DNA from: Candidatus Multivorans sp.
GTDB lineage: Bacteria > Acidobacteriota > Thermoanaerobaculia > Multivoradales > Multivoraceae
DNA length: 64,000 nucleotides
NCBI GenBank assembly: GCA_965247095.1
Contig: OZ251997.1
Span: 1,088,001 to 1,152,000, forward strand
Direction of reading: 5' to 3'
Shown here: in pieces, positions 49,578-58,544 of the stretch
How the letters are laid out: each line of letters opens with the position of its first letter
Numbering within the stretch: position 1 is the stretch's first letter
Translations under genes and position numbers: made by a program
The notes under the pieces: generated by a model
Databases searched by the model: none
The model's input: only the letters and a program-made list of their open reading frames with translations
What the model was told of the DNA's origin: nothing

Positions 49578-49645
49578 TTCGGACCGGGATAGTACCAGTT
49601 TCCTCCACTCCCCACAGAGGAGCTCTTTCCGCCGTGGCGGCGGCG

Positions 49646-49730
49646 TGCCGGAGGTGGGATTCGAACCCACAAGCCCTATAGAGGGCGGGGGATTTTAAGT
49701 CCCCTGCGTCTGCCGTTCCGCCACTCCGGC
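49646..49730 (-). tRNA. tRNA-Leu(TAA), CCA not encoded
   Basis: Reverse complement GCCGGAGTGGCGGAACGGCAGACGCAGGGGA-CTTAAAA-TCCCC...GGTTCGAATCCCACCTCCGGCA. Confidence 0.94.
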
Positions 49731-49743
49731 GTATCAGGAAGTC

Positions 49744-49818
49744 TGGAGGCGACGGCCGGATTCGAACCGGCGAATAAGGGTTTTGCAGACCCTCGCCTTA
49801 CCACTTGGCCACGTCGCC
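49744..49818 (-). tRNA. tRNA-Cys(GCA)
   Basis: Reverse complement GGCGACGTGGCCAAGTGGTAAGGC, AGGGT-CTGCAAA-ACCCT, ends TCCA. Confidence 0.96.
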
Positions 49819-49859
49819 TTGGGGGACTTCGGCGCCGGTCTCGAGCCGCGCGGCTCGCA

Positions 49860-49934
49860 TGGAGCGGGAAACGGGATTCGAACCCGCGACCCCAACCTTG
49901 GCAAGGTTGTGCTCTACCACTGAGCTATTCCCGC
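49860..49934 (-). tRNA. tRNA-Gly(GCC)
   Basis: Reverse complement GCGGGAATAGCTCAGTGGTAGAGC, CAACC-TTGCCAA-GGTTG, ends TCCA; classic Gly-Cys-Leu cluster. Confidence 0.96.
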
Positions 49935-49978
49935 GCCGGAGCGAATCCGCCGGACAACCGGCAGGCACTGAATCGCGG

Positions 49979-50008
49979 AGGATACGGCCCCCTCTCCGGC
50001 ACTGTCAA
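49979..50008 (-). promoter_or_regulatory. Sigma70 promoter of the tRNA Gly-Cys-Leu operon
   Basis: Minus strand TTGACA-N18-TATCCT followed by a GC-rich discriminator. Confidence 0.7.
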
Positions 50009-50041
50009 CTCGCGGGCGCTCCGCGGGCGTTCCACGGGCTG

Positions 50042-50461
50042 CTAGAGCCAGCTTCGCCTGCCCGTGTCGTCGACGGTGAAGGCGTCGGCATAGTGAGTGA
50101 ACCGCCACTGGCCCTGCTCGGGCTGCCAGGTCGCCGCCACGACGTCGAAGCGGCAGGGACCGAGCCGCAGCGGCGTCCGCTCCGGGGCGCTCAGGTAGGC
50201 CTCCGCCGCCCGGACCAGGCGTCGCCGCTTGCGACGGTCCACCGCCGCGGCCGCGCCCCCGAAACGCGGGTCGAAGCGGGCCTTGACCTCGACGAAGCAG
50301 AGCGTGTCTCCGTCCATCGTGACCAGGTCCAGTTCGCCGGCAACGGTGTCGACGTTCCGCCCCACGATCCGATGCCCCCTTTTCCGCAGCAGGTCAGCCG
50401 CGGCCTGCTCGGCCTCCGCACCGCTCAGACGCGGTTCATCTTCCACTGGCGCTCGGCTCAT
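50042..50461 (-). CDS. yraN: YraN (UPF0102) family endonuclease-like protein
   Basis: GAEAEQAA, GELDLV, FVEVKAR, CRFDVV. Confidence 0.9.
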   Translation of the reverse strand: MSRAPVEDEPRLSGAEAEQAAADLLRKRGHRIVGRNVDTVAGELDLVTMDGDTLCFVEVKARFDPRFGGAAAAVDRRKRRRLVRAAEAYLSAPERTPLRLGPCRFDVVAATWQPEQGQWRFTHYADAFTVDDTGRRSWL

Positions 50462-50470
50462 GCGGATCGG

Positions 50471-51916
50471 TCAGGACCGCTTCCAGCGACTGCCGCCCGG
50501 AGTGTCCTCCACCACCACACCGGCGGCCGCGAGTTCGTCGCGGATGCGGTCCGCGGCAGCGAAGTCCCGCGCCGCTCTCGCCTCGCTCCTGGCCTCCACC
50601 AACCTGTCGATCTCCGCGTCGCTTGGGCCGCCGTCCGCCTCTCCCGACCCCGAGCCGGAGTCCCCTGCCCAGGCGCCGGCGTCCAACACCGCAAGCACCT
50701 GATCGGCTCGTTCCAGCGCGCCCTCCACACGATCCGTGGCGCCGGCGGGCAGGCCCCGGTCGATGATCCCGTTCACGTCGTGCACGAATCGGAACACGGC
50801 GCCGAGGGCGGCGGAAGTGTTCAGATCGTCGGCCAGAGCGGCGGCAAAACCGCCCTCGAACCCCGCCACAGCCGCCTCGAGCGGCGCCGTGCCGCCGGCC
50901 GTGCCGCCCGCCTGCTCCGCCTCATGGGCGAGCCGGAACCGCATGTCGTCGATCCGCTTCAGCGCCCGTTCCGCCTCCGCGACCTTGGCGAACGTGAAAT
51001 CGAGTTGCTGCCGGTAGTGGACCGAGATCAGCAGGTAGCGAATCGAACGGGCCGGTAGACCCCTGCCCTGAAGATCGCCAAGCGTGTGGCAGTTGCCGAG
51101 CGACTTGGACATCTTCTCGCCGTCGACTGTCAGGTGTTCGGAGTGCAGCCAGCAACGGGCGAGCGGGCTGCCGTTCGCCGATTCACTCTGGGCGATCTCG
51201 TTCTCGTGATGCGGAAACAGGTTGTCGACCCCTCCACAGTGGATGTCGAAGGTTGTGCCCAGGTACTTCTGGCTCATCGCCGAGCACTCGATGTGCCAAC
51301 CCGGGCGACCGGGGCCCCAGGGCGATGCCCACTCCGGTTCGCCCTCCTTGGCGCCCTTCCAGAGAACGAAGTCGCGCGCATCCTCCTTGCCGTACTCGTC
51401 GCTCTGCACGCGCGCGCCACGCCGCACCTGGTCGAGGTCGATTCCCGACAGCTTGCCGTAGTCGGCGTCGGCGGCGATGCGGAAGAACACCGAGTCGTCG
51501 GCCCGGTACGCGTAGCCCTCCTCCAGCAACTGCTCGACCATCGCGATCATCTCGTCGATGTGGGCCGTGGCCCGGGGGTAGTGCTCAACACGCTCGATCT
51601 GAAGAGCGGACAGGTCCTCGAAGAAGGATCTGACGTGGGGCGCGGTGAAGTCGCCGATGTCGACGCCGGCCGCAATCGCCGCGGCGATGATCTTGTCCTC
51701 GACATCGGTCAGGTTCATTGCCTGCGTCACCCGGTACCCGAAGAACCTGAGCGCCCTCCGCAGCACGTCCTCGAACACGAACGTGCGCAGGTTGCCGATG
51801 TGGGCCCGGTCGTAGACGGTCGGGCCGCAGGTGTAGAGCCGGACGTGACCGGGTTCGATCGGCTCGAGTACCTCCAGCCGTCGCCCGAGAGAGTTGTAGA
51901 GCTTCACCGGTTCCAT
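50471..51916 (-). CDS. cysS: Cysteinyl-tRNA synthetase
   Basis: YTCGPTVYD..HIGN, DFVLWK, GRPGWHIECSAM, FPHHENE, KMSKS. Confidence 0.97.
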   Translation of the reverse strand: MEPVKLYNSLGRRLEVLEPIEPGHVRLYTCGPTVYDRAHIGNLRTFVFEDVLRRALRFFGYRVTQAMNLTDVEDKIIAAAIAAGVDIGDFTAPHVRSFFEDLSALQIERVEHYPRATAHIDEMIAMVEQLLEEGYAYRADDSVFFRIAADADYGKLSGIDLDQVRRGARVQSDEYGKEDARDFVLWKGAKEGEPEWASPWGPGRPGWHIECSAMSQKYLGTTFDIHCGGVDNLFPHHENEIAQSESANGSPLARCWLHSEHLTVDGEKMSKSLGNCHTLGDLQGRGLPARSIRYLLISVHYRQQLDFTFAKVAEAERALKRIDDMRFRLAHEAEQAGGTAGGTAPLEAAVAGFEGGFAAALADDLNTSAALGAVFRFVHDVNGIIDRGLPAGATDRVEGALERADQVLAVLDAGAWAGDSGSGSGEADGGPSDAEIDRLVEARSEARAARDFAAADRIRDELAAAGVVVEDTPGGSRWKRS

Positions 51917-52075
51917 CGAGCGACTCCAAGCCACTTTGAACCCGGGTGGCGCGATTCGCGCCACACGCGACCCATTCCGCGCGCCCGTCATCGGGCGCGC
52001 GGATGGCACCGGCGACAGTAGCAACGGCAACAGGGGTGGTCCAGCCGCCGCGACGCCGGGAACGAGCGGACAGGC

Positions 52076-52591
52076 TCAGAGATCGACCTGAATCGTGGCC
52101 CCCGCCCAGTTCAGGGTGATCCGATCCCCGAACCTGTCGAAGGCCTCCTGGGCGGCGAAGTCGAAGCTCCCGCTGCCGTTGGCGACTGCCGTGAAGCGGA
52201 CGACGGCGACCGTACCGCTGCCGTTCAGACCGGCGACCGCGCCGAGATGGGTGGCGCCCACGAGAAGCTGGCCCGGCGCGGTCTCACGGGTCTCCAGGCT
52301 GGGGAACACGCCGCCGCCCGACTCCTCGTAGCGCAGCAGGTTGGCGGGAAACAGGAGCTCGAAGCCCAGACCGTACAGACCTTCGACGCCGGCGGCGTAG
52401 ATCTCGACCTCGAGCGTCGCCCCCAACACCGCGCCGCGCAGCCCGATCGATGTGTCCGCGATCTGCGCCGCCGAAAAGGTGACGCCCCGCGGCGGCGGAG
52501 CAGTTGGCGCGGTCGGGCTTCCTCCTCCACCGTCGCAGGCCACGAGGCACAGCGCCACCAGAAGGGCCGCCCGCTGTACCGGAAAACGCAA
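52076..52591 (-). CDS. Lipoprotein with cohesin-like beta-sandwich domain
   Basis: Lipobox LVAC, Gly/Pro linker, LYGLGFELLFPANLL...GSGTVAVVRF cohesin-like pattern; start uncertain. Confidence 0.65.
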   Translation of the reverse strand: MRFPVQRAALLVALCLVACDGGGGSPTAPTAPPPRGVTFSAAQIADTSIGLRGAVLGATLEVEIYAAGVEGLYGLGFELLFPANLLRYEESGGGVFPSLETRETAPGQLLVGATHLGAVAGLNGSGTVAVVRFTAVANGSGSFDFAAQEAFDRFGDRITLNWAGATIQVDL

Positions 52592-52614
52592 TGGCGCCCT
52601 TTCTGCCGGAGCGC

Positions 52615-53145
52615 TCAGCGTTGCCCGCCGGTGGCTACCGGTTCGCTCGCGCGCAGCCGGCGGAGAAAGCTCCTGGCCCGCTGTCTTCGTAGCCCACGCA
52701 GCCGATCGACGAAGAGCACGCCGTCCAGGTGATCCAGCTCGTGCTGGATCGCCCGCGCCTCGAGCTCCTCCACGTCCATCTCGAAGGGAAGACCCTCCAG
52801 GTCGGTGGCCGCGATACAAACCGTGGCCGGCCGCGTGACCTTCTCCGTGAAGTCGGGAATGGAGAGACAGCCTTCCGTGTCGGTCTGGACGCCGGCAGAG
52901 TCGACGACCCGCGGGTTCACCAGGACCCGCACCGCGTCGGGGTCCATTCCGGCCGTCGCATCGATGACCGCTACGCGCAACTCGACACCGACCTGGGGCG
53001 CGGCAAGGCCGACTCCGGGCGCCTCATGCATCGTCTCGATCATGTCCGCTACCAGGCGTGTCAGATCGGGGCCGAATTCCTCCACCGGTGCGCACTGCAC
53101 CCGCAGCACGGGGTCCGGGTAGAGACGGATCGGAAGAACGGACAT
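52615..53145 (-). CDS. def: Peptide deformylase
   Basis: GVGLAAPQVG, EGCLSIP, QHELDHLDG. Confidence 0.97.
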   Translation of the reverse strand: MSVLPIRLYPDPVLRVQCAPVEEFGPDLTRLVADMIETMHEAPGVGLAAPQVGVELRVAVIDATAGMDPDAVRVLVNPRVVDSAGVQTDTEGCLSIPDFTEKVTRPATVCIAATDLEGLPFEMDVEELEARAIQHELDHLDGVLFVDRLRGLRRQRARSFLRRLRASEPVATGGQR

Positions 53146-53220
53146 GCTATCCCTGCGCGGCGCAGGGGGACGGCGCCGATCATACGGGAAGGCCGGCCGC
53201 GGCCTACGCACTGTCCCCAC

Positions 53221-53378
53221 GAATGGACACCGGTGTGACGTTCCCGCTACGGTTCAGCCCGGCCAGTCGCCCCGGCTTTCGCTCCAGCCCTCGCGGTCGT
53301 GCGCCCGGGCAGGGCGTCTGGGGGCACAGCTTCGAGGTCGGCTCTCCCTCGGTCCAGCCAGGCACACCGTATCCACTC
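53221..53378 (-). ncRNA. Candidate structured ncRNA (6S-like rod or novel motif)
   Basis: ~16-bp closing stem GAGUGGAUAC-GGUGUG / CACACC-G-GUGUCCAUUC, inner helix CCAG-A-CGCCCUG / CGGGGCG-A-CUGG, two GNRA-capped short hairpins; three mismatches read as G-U wobbles only on the minus strand. Confidence 0.6.
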
Positions 53379-53381
53379 TGC

Positions 53382-53397
53382 TGGCACGCGTATTGCT
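53382..53397 (+). promoter_or_regulatory. Sigma54 -24/-12 promoter
   Basis: TGGCACGCGTATTGCT, a consensus match ~110 bp upstream of the ATG at 53505. Confidence 0.8.
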
Positions 53398-53504
53398 CGA
53401 CAGTCCTGCAGAAGAGCACGCGCCCAGGACGCCGGGGTTGAACCGACCCCGGCATCAGATTCGCCGGTGGTAGCGTGCAGACTCCGACCCGTTGGAGGAA
53501 AGAG

Positions 53505-55934
53505 ATGAGATTCACCCTCCCGCAAGCCCTCCTGATCGTCCTCGCGGCAGGCGCTGCCGGCGCCGCGCAAGCGCAGCCGGTACAACATGAACGAGGACAA
53601 CTCGACGGCGTCTACAGCCTGGTCGGCGCGCTGGACGGAGACGCGACCCTGTTCGCGGCGCGTTCGGGCGCTCAGAGCGAGTTGGAGATCCACCTGCCGG
53701 TCCTGCGCGGAGACCGAATCTGGACGAGACCGTACGGCCGTCTGGCGGTGTTGATGTCCGACCGCTCGATTCTGGCCCTGGACCACGACAGCGAGGTCAC
53801 GTTCGCCCAGATCGCCGGCTCACCGGACGCCGACGACGCGGACTCCCTCTACGTCCTGCACCGGGGCCGGCTGAGCCTGGAGGTTGCGAACCACTTGCTG
53901 GACTCGGAGCTGCCGACGGTCGACACCACCAACGCCAGGGTCTACGCCAAGCAGGAAGGCCGCTACCAGGTCGAGAGCGACGGCGACAGTTGGACCGAAG
54001 TCGCGGTGCTGGCCGGGTTCGCCGAAGTCGTCACCCAGCGAGGTTCGGTGATCGTCCGCGGTGGCGAAGCGCTCCTGGTTCGGGGCCTCGACGACCCCTG
54101 GATCGAGCTCCAGAGCGGCGCCGGAGCGGCTGCCGCAGCATTGGATCAATGGGCGGAGGGTCACCGTGCCCAACTCGCGGCCTACGCGGCCGTCGATGTC
54201 GACAGCTATGGCTCCGCCTTGACCGGTCATGGCCGGTGGGTCGAAGTCGAGGATCGCCGGGCCTGGAAGCCCGAGGTCGAAGACGACTGGCAGCCCTACA
54301 GCCGGGGCCGCTGGACTCATACGCCCGCCGGACTGTACTGGGTCGCCCGGGACCCCTGGGGTCCGCTCACCTACCACTACGGCAGTTGGAACCGGCACCC
54401 AGGCTACGGTTGGCTCTGGTTTCCGAGCGCCATCTACTCACCCAGCCATGTGTACTGGTACTGGGGGCCGTCCTATGTCGGCTGGATCCCCCGCGGCTAC
54501 TACCAGCGCCACTACCTGGGTCTGGGATTCGGCCTTCGCTACGGCCTCTATGGATGGGCCGGAGGCCTCTGGGATCCCTTCAACACCTGGATCTTCTGTC
54601 CGTCAGGGTACCTGGGCTACGGCCGCGGCTACACATACGGTCGCTCCCTGCGCCGCCGGCATCCGAAGCTTGGCCGCGGCATCATCACGACGGACACGAA
54701 CGGAATCGACTACCGAAACTGGCGGGATCCTGAGGCCGCGCAGCAGGTCCTCCTCGGAAAGCGCCGCGGCATCTCCGAGAGCGAACTCCCTGACGTCACG
54801 GATTTTGTCGCCCGCAGAGCCGACCTGCACGAGTCGCTTCAGACGAGGCTCAGGCGGGTCGACGCCGAACCGGAAACAGTCACGGTGTCCGTCGCCCCAT
54901 CCGATCCCAACCGATCAGGTCTGGTCGGCGTCACCGCCGGAGGTCTCCGGGCGGGTTCCACATCCCAGGTAACGGGCGCCGGACAGAACTCCGCCAAGAG
55001 CGTCACGCTCCGGCGGGCAGTCCCCGGCGAGGTCCGGCGCGCCGGCAGCGGCACCGTCAAAACCACGATCCAACCGCGGAGGGCCGGCTCTGTTCCCACC
55101 GATGCGGCGGCGCCATCCGATGCCACTACCAGGATCCGGCGAGCGGAAACGCCGAAACCCGCACGCGTCAGTAGCGGAGGTCTGACCGCTGCGCCCGCCC
55201 CGAAGCCGACGGTCGCGGTCGAAGCGCCCGGGGGCGCCGGCGAGAAGGCGCCGGTCCGCGTGGCAGCGCCACGGTCCAGTGGAGGAACGATCGATCGCAG
55301 CCGAAGGCCGACGCCGGCGCGCCGCGTGCTCGACGCGATCCGCGGACGGGACGCGGCGCCGAGCGCCCCCCGGACGGCGACTCCCCGATCCAGGCGCCCG
55401 GATCGGGCCGGCACGCCGCGGCCGTCAACCCCGACCCGCACCCGGTCCGCCACCCCGCGGACATCCAGGCCCAAGTCCACCCCGACCCGCACCCGGCCCG
55501 CAACGCCGCGAACCTCGAGCCCGCGCTCCACGCCGCCTCCGCGGACCCGGTCGACGCCGCGCACGTCCACGCCCAAGTCCACACCGACCCGCACCCGGTC
55601 GGCGCCAGCGAGAACCTCGAGCCCGCGCTCCACGCCGCCCCCGCGGACCCGGTCGACGCCGCGCACGTCCACGCCCAAGTCCACACCGACCCGCACCCGG
55701 TCCGCAACGCCGCGAACCTCGAGCCCGCGCTCCACGCCGCCTCCGCGGACCCGGTCAACGCCGCGGACATCCACACCCAAGTCCACACCGACCCGCACCC
55801 GGTCCACGCCAGCGAGAACCTCGAGCCCGCGCTCCACGCCGCCCCCGCGGACGCGGTCGACGCCCCGGAGTTCGTCGCCGCGCTCGTCGTCGCCGTCCAG
55901 CGATAGCGGACGCACGCCGCCCCGCTTGCGCTGA
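53505..55934 (+). CDS. Secreted FecR-domain / DUF6600-like protein with Arg/Thr/Ser/Pro repeat tail
   Basis: SD GGAGG, signal peptide, GDRIWT FecR-like strands, Trp-rich WQPYSRGRW...PWGPLTYHYGSW...GWLWFP block. Confidence 0.8.
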   Translation: MRFTLPQALLIVLAAGAAGAAQAQPVQHERGQLDGVYSLVGALDGDATLFAARSGAQSELEIHLPVLRGDRIWTRPYGRLAVLMSDRSILALDHDSEVTFAQIAGSPDADDADSLYVLHRGRLSLEVANHLLDSELPTVDTTNARVYAKQEGRYQVESDGDSWTEVAVLAGFAEVVTQRGSVIVRGGEALLVRGLDDPWIELQSGAGAAAAALDQWAEGHRAQLAAYAAVDVDSYGSALTGHGRWVEVEDRRAWKPEVEDDWQPYSRGRWTHTPAGLYWVARDPWGPLTYHYGSWNRHPGYGWLWFPSAIYSPSHVYWYWGPSYVGWIPRGYYQRHYLGLGFGLRYGLYGWAGGLWDPFNTWIFCPSGYLGYGRGYTYGRSLRRRHPKLGRGIITTDTNGIDYRNWRDPEAAQQVLLGKRRGISESELPDVTDFVARRADLHESLQTRLRRVDAEPETVTVSVAPSDPNRSGLVGVTAGGLRAGSTSQVTGAGQNSAKSVTLRRAVPGEVRRAGSGTVKTTIQPRRAGSVPTDAAAPSDATTRIRRAETPKPARVSSGGLTAAPAPKPTVAVEAPGGAGEKAPVRVAAPRSSGGTIDRSRRPTPARRVLDAIRGRDAAPSAPRTATPRSRRPDRAGTPRPSTPTRTRSATPRTSRPKSTPTRTRPATPRTSSPRSTPPPRTRSTPRTSTPKSTPTRTRSAPARTSSPRSTPPPRTRSTPRTSTPKSTPTRTRSATPRTSSPRSTPPPRTRSTPRTSTPKSTPTRTRSTPARTSSPRSTPPPRTRSTPRSSSPRSSSPSSDSGRTPPRLR
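55425..55870 (+). repeat. Intragenic tandem repeat, 102-bp (34-aa) period made of two 51-bp subunits, about 4 copies
   Basis: CCCAAGTCCAC recurs at 55470, 55572, 55674 and 55776; peptide unit PKSTPTRTRSATPRTSSPRSTPPPRTRSTPRTST. Confidence 0.92.
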
Positions 55935-56024
55935 GGCGATGCGGCAGCCGGCCGGCGCCGGCGCCACCCAGTCGAGAGGCCCTGAGACCTAGAATGGGTC
56001 TCACATGAGGTCTCCTTCCTGACC

Positions 56025-56327
56025 ATGCGCTGGAGTGCCGCCTGGTCCAGCCTGCTGCGCATTCTCTTCGTGATCTACTGCGTCGAGGCGGGGCTGTTTC
56101 TGGTCATCGCGCCGTGGCGGGAGTTCTGGAACCTGCTGGTCACCAGGTCCGCACTCTCGCAGGCGCATCTGGGGGCGTTTCTCATGCTGCCGTGGGTCCG
56201 CGGCGCGGTCACCGGATTCGGGCTCGTTCATCTCATCTGGGGCATCCACGACCTCGAACGCATTCTCCTCAGCAGGCGTCCGAGCGACCCGGAAGCGCCC
56301 ATCCCGGAACCCGATCGAGCGGAATGA
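56025..56327 (+). CDS. Small conserved-looking membrane protein
   Basis: Two TM segments (CVEAGLFLVIAPW, VRGAVTGFGLVHL); ATGA-coupled to the next gene. Confidence 0.7.
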   Translation: MRWSAAWSSLLRILFVIYCVEAGLFLVIAPWREFWNLLVTRSALSQAHLGAFLMLPWVRGAVTGFGLVHLIWGIHDLERILLSRRPSDPEAPIPEPDRAE

Positions 56328-56953
56328 AGCAGCGGGCCGAAGTTCCGGCGCTAATGGCCATCAGCGACCGGCGCCTGTGCGACGGGGGATCCGGACTGAG
56401 ACGCTGGGCTCTCTCGCTGCCCGCCGGCGCCGCGATCCAGCTCCGCGAGAAGGACCTCGACTCCGAGGCATTGACCGCGATCGGTCGCACTCTGCGGAGC
56501 GCCGCTGCCGGTCTCCTGATCGTCAACGGCAGTCTGGAAGTGGCGGTCTCCTGTGGCGCCGACGGCGTCCACATGCGGTCGGACCAACCATGGGCCGAGT
56601 TGGCCCCGGCGGTCCGCGAGCGGGGCCTGCTGCTCGGTGTGTCGACGCATAGCCAGCGGGAAGTCGAGGCCGCCGTCGATGCCGGTGTCGACTACGCCCT
56701 CTTCGGCCCCGTCTTCGCCTCGCCCCAGAAGCTCCGGTTCGGTGCGCCCCAGGGTCTCGAACGACTGCAGCGGGCTGCGCACGGCGCCCTCCCGATCCTC
56801 GCCGTGGGCGGTGTCGATTCCCGCAACGCGGCTCTTCTGGCCCGCGCGGGCGCACACGGCGTGGCCGCCATCCGGGCCTTTGCCGAAGCCGCCACGGCAG
56901 CGGCTCTCGCAACAGCGTGGGCACGCGCGACTGGTACGATCCCACGCCCGTGA
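56324..56953 (+). CDS. Thiamine phosphate synthase-like protein (ThiE/TenI family)
   Basis: IQLREKDL, ADGVH, GVSTHS, DYALFGPVF, AVGGV, GVAAIR. Confidence 0.85.
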   Translation: MKQRAEVPALMAISDRRLCDGGSGLRRWALSLPAGAAIQLREKDLDSEALTAIGRTLRSAAAGLLIVNGSLEVAVSCGADGVHMRSDQPWAELAPAVRERGLLLGVSTHSQREVEAAVDAGVDYALFGPVFASPQKLRFGAPQGLERLQRAAHGALPILAVGGVDSRNAALLARAGAHGVAAIRAFAEAATAAALATAWARATGTIPRP

Positions 56954-57498
56954 AATCGACCAGCCTCCGAAAGACCAACTGCCTCGTCCTCTCCGCCGGC
57001 GTGCTGGCGCTCGATCAGTGGAGCAAGTTGTGGATCGAAGCCACCCTCGAACTCCACGGACGCCTGCCGGTCCTGCCGGGTTTCTTCGACCTGGTTCACG
57101 TCCAGAACACGGGCATCGCCTTCGGGCTGTTCCCGGCCGGCCGCGAGCTGGCGGGCACGCTTCTGCTCACGGCCCTCGGCTTCGCCGCGCTCACCGTCGT
57201 CTCGCTTTACTTCCGGAGCACCTCGGAGCGCGAGCCGCTGCTCCTGTTTTCCCTCGCCCTGGTGCTGGGAGGGGCCGTCGGCAACCTGGTCGACCGTGTT
57301 CTGTTGCGCGCCGTGACGGACTTCCTGGACGTGTACGTCGGCGCCCACCACTGGCCGGCTTTCAACGTCGCTGACAGCGGAGTGACGGTCGGCATCGTAC
57401 TGATGCTGGCGCACAGTTTCGGACCACTGGTTTGGCGGCGGCCGGGCGCGACGGGAGCGAGCCGCCGGGGGTTGATCCAGGCCCGCACCTCGAAGTGA
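56950..57498 (+). CDS. lspA: Lipoprotein signal peptidase II
   Basis: DQWSK, NTGIAFG, GGAVGNLVDR, VTDFLD, WPAFNVADS. Confidence 0.96.
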   Translation: MKSTSLRKTNCLVLSAGVLALDQWSKLWIEATLELHGRLPVLPGFFDLVHVQNTGIAFGLFPAGRELAGTLLLTALGFAALTVVSLYFRSTSEREPLLLFSLALVLGGAVGNLVDRVLLRAVTDFLDVYVGAHHWPAFNVADSGVTVGIVLMLAHSFGPLVWRRPGATGASRRGLIQARTSK

Positions 57499-58544
57499 GT
57501 TCGATAGACCAGACCACGCCGCCGTCCAACACGCTTCCCGAACTCGCCTACCCGTGGCGCCATCTTCGGGCGCCGGCCGCCGCGGCCGGTGAACGGATCG
57601 ACCGCTACCTGGCGCGAGTTCTGGACCTGCCCCGCAACCAGGTTCAGAACCTGCTCCACGACGGCCGCGTGACAGTGAACGGAACGCCGCTCAAGCCCTC
57701 CTACCTGCTGCGCGGCGACGAGCGGATCGACTACCGCATTCCGCCACCCCGGGCCACCGGTCTGGCGCCCGAGACCGGTCCGATCCGGCTGCTCCACCAG
57801 GACGAGCACGTGCTGGTGGTCGACAAGCCGGCCGGACTGATCGTGCATCCCGGCGCCGGCGTTCGGAGCGGCACCCTTGTGAACCGGCTTCTACACCACT
57901 ATCCGGAGATCGCAGGCGTCGGCTCCCCGGAGCGGCCCGGAATCGTCCACCGCCTGGATATGGGCACCAGCGGTGCTCTGGCCATCGCCCGCACCGACCC
58001 GGCCTACCGCAGGTTGAGCCGGGCCTTTGCCGAACGAGAAGTCGGCAAGCTGTACCTGGCGGTCGTCTACGGTCGGCCGGCGCCCGCAACCGGAACGATC
58101 GAACTCCCGATCGGCCGCCACCCCACCGTCCGCACCCGTATGGCCATCGTCCCGGAGTCGCGGGGAGGCCGTCCCGCGACCACCCGCTACCGCGTGCTCG
58201 CATCCGGAACGGGCGTCTCGCTGCTGGAAGTCGAAATCCTTACCGGCAGAACGCACCAGATCCGGGTCCACTGCAAAGCAATCGACCACCCCCTGGTCGG
58301 CGATCCAGGGTACGGCGAAAATCGCTGGCGTGGGCTGCCGCCAGCCTTGCGGCGTTCCCTTCGAGAGTTTCCACGCCCCGCGCTGCACGCCCGGAAACTG
58401 ACGCTCCCTGCCCTTTCCGGCGCGCCTCCCACCAGCTACACGGCCCCCGTGCCGCGGGACCTGCAGGAGCTGTGCGCCGCCTGTGATCTGGCGTCCGGGC
58501 TGCCGACCGACTCGGCGACTTCGCCCGCGAACCCCCTAAGCTGA
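57495..58544 (+). CDS. rluD: RluA/RluD-family pseudouridine synthase with S4 domain
   Basis: RIDRYL, VDKPAGLIVHP, RPGIVHRLDMGTSG, TGRTHQIRVH, ALHA. Confidence 0.92.
   Translation: MSSIDQTTPPSNTLPELAYPWRHLRAPAAAAGERIDRYLARVLDLPRNQVQNLLHDGRVTVNGTPLKPSYLLRGDERIDYRIPPPRATGLAPETGPIRLLHQDEHVLVVDKPAGLIVHPGAGVRSGTLVNRLLHHYPEIAGVGSPERPGIVHRLDMGTSGALAIARTDPAYRRLSRAFAEREVGKLYLAVVYGRPAPATGTIELPIGRHPTVRTRMAIVPESRGGRPATTRYRVLASGTGVSLLEVEILTGRTHQIRVHCKAIDHPLVGDPGYGENRWRGLPPALRRSLREFPRPALHARKLTLPALSGAPPTSYTAPVPRDLQELCAACDLASGLPTDSATSPANPLS

Noticed and set aside
53221-53378. SAM-I, c-di-GMP-I or cobalamin riboswitch, or SRP RNA
   Set aside because: The diagnostic conserved cores are not present; kept only as an unassigned or 6S-like candidate
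56006-56023. Mini-ORF MRSPS after a TAGAAT -10 element
   Set aside because: Five codons with no independent support; may be chance
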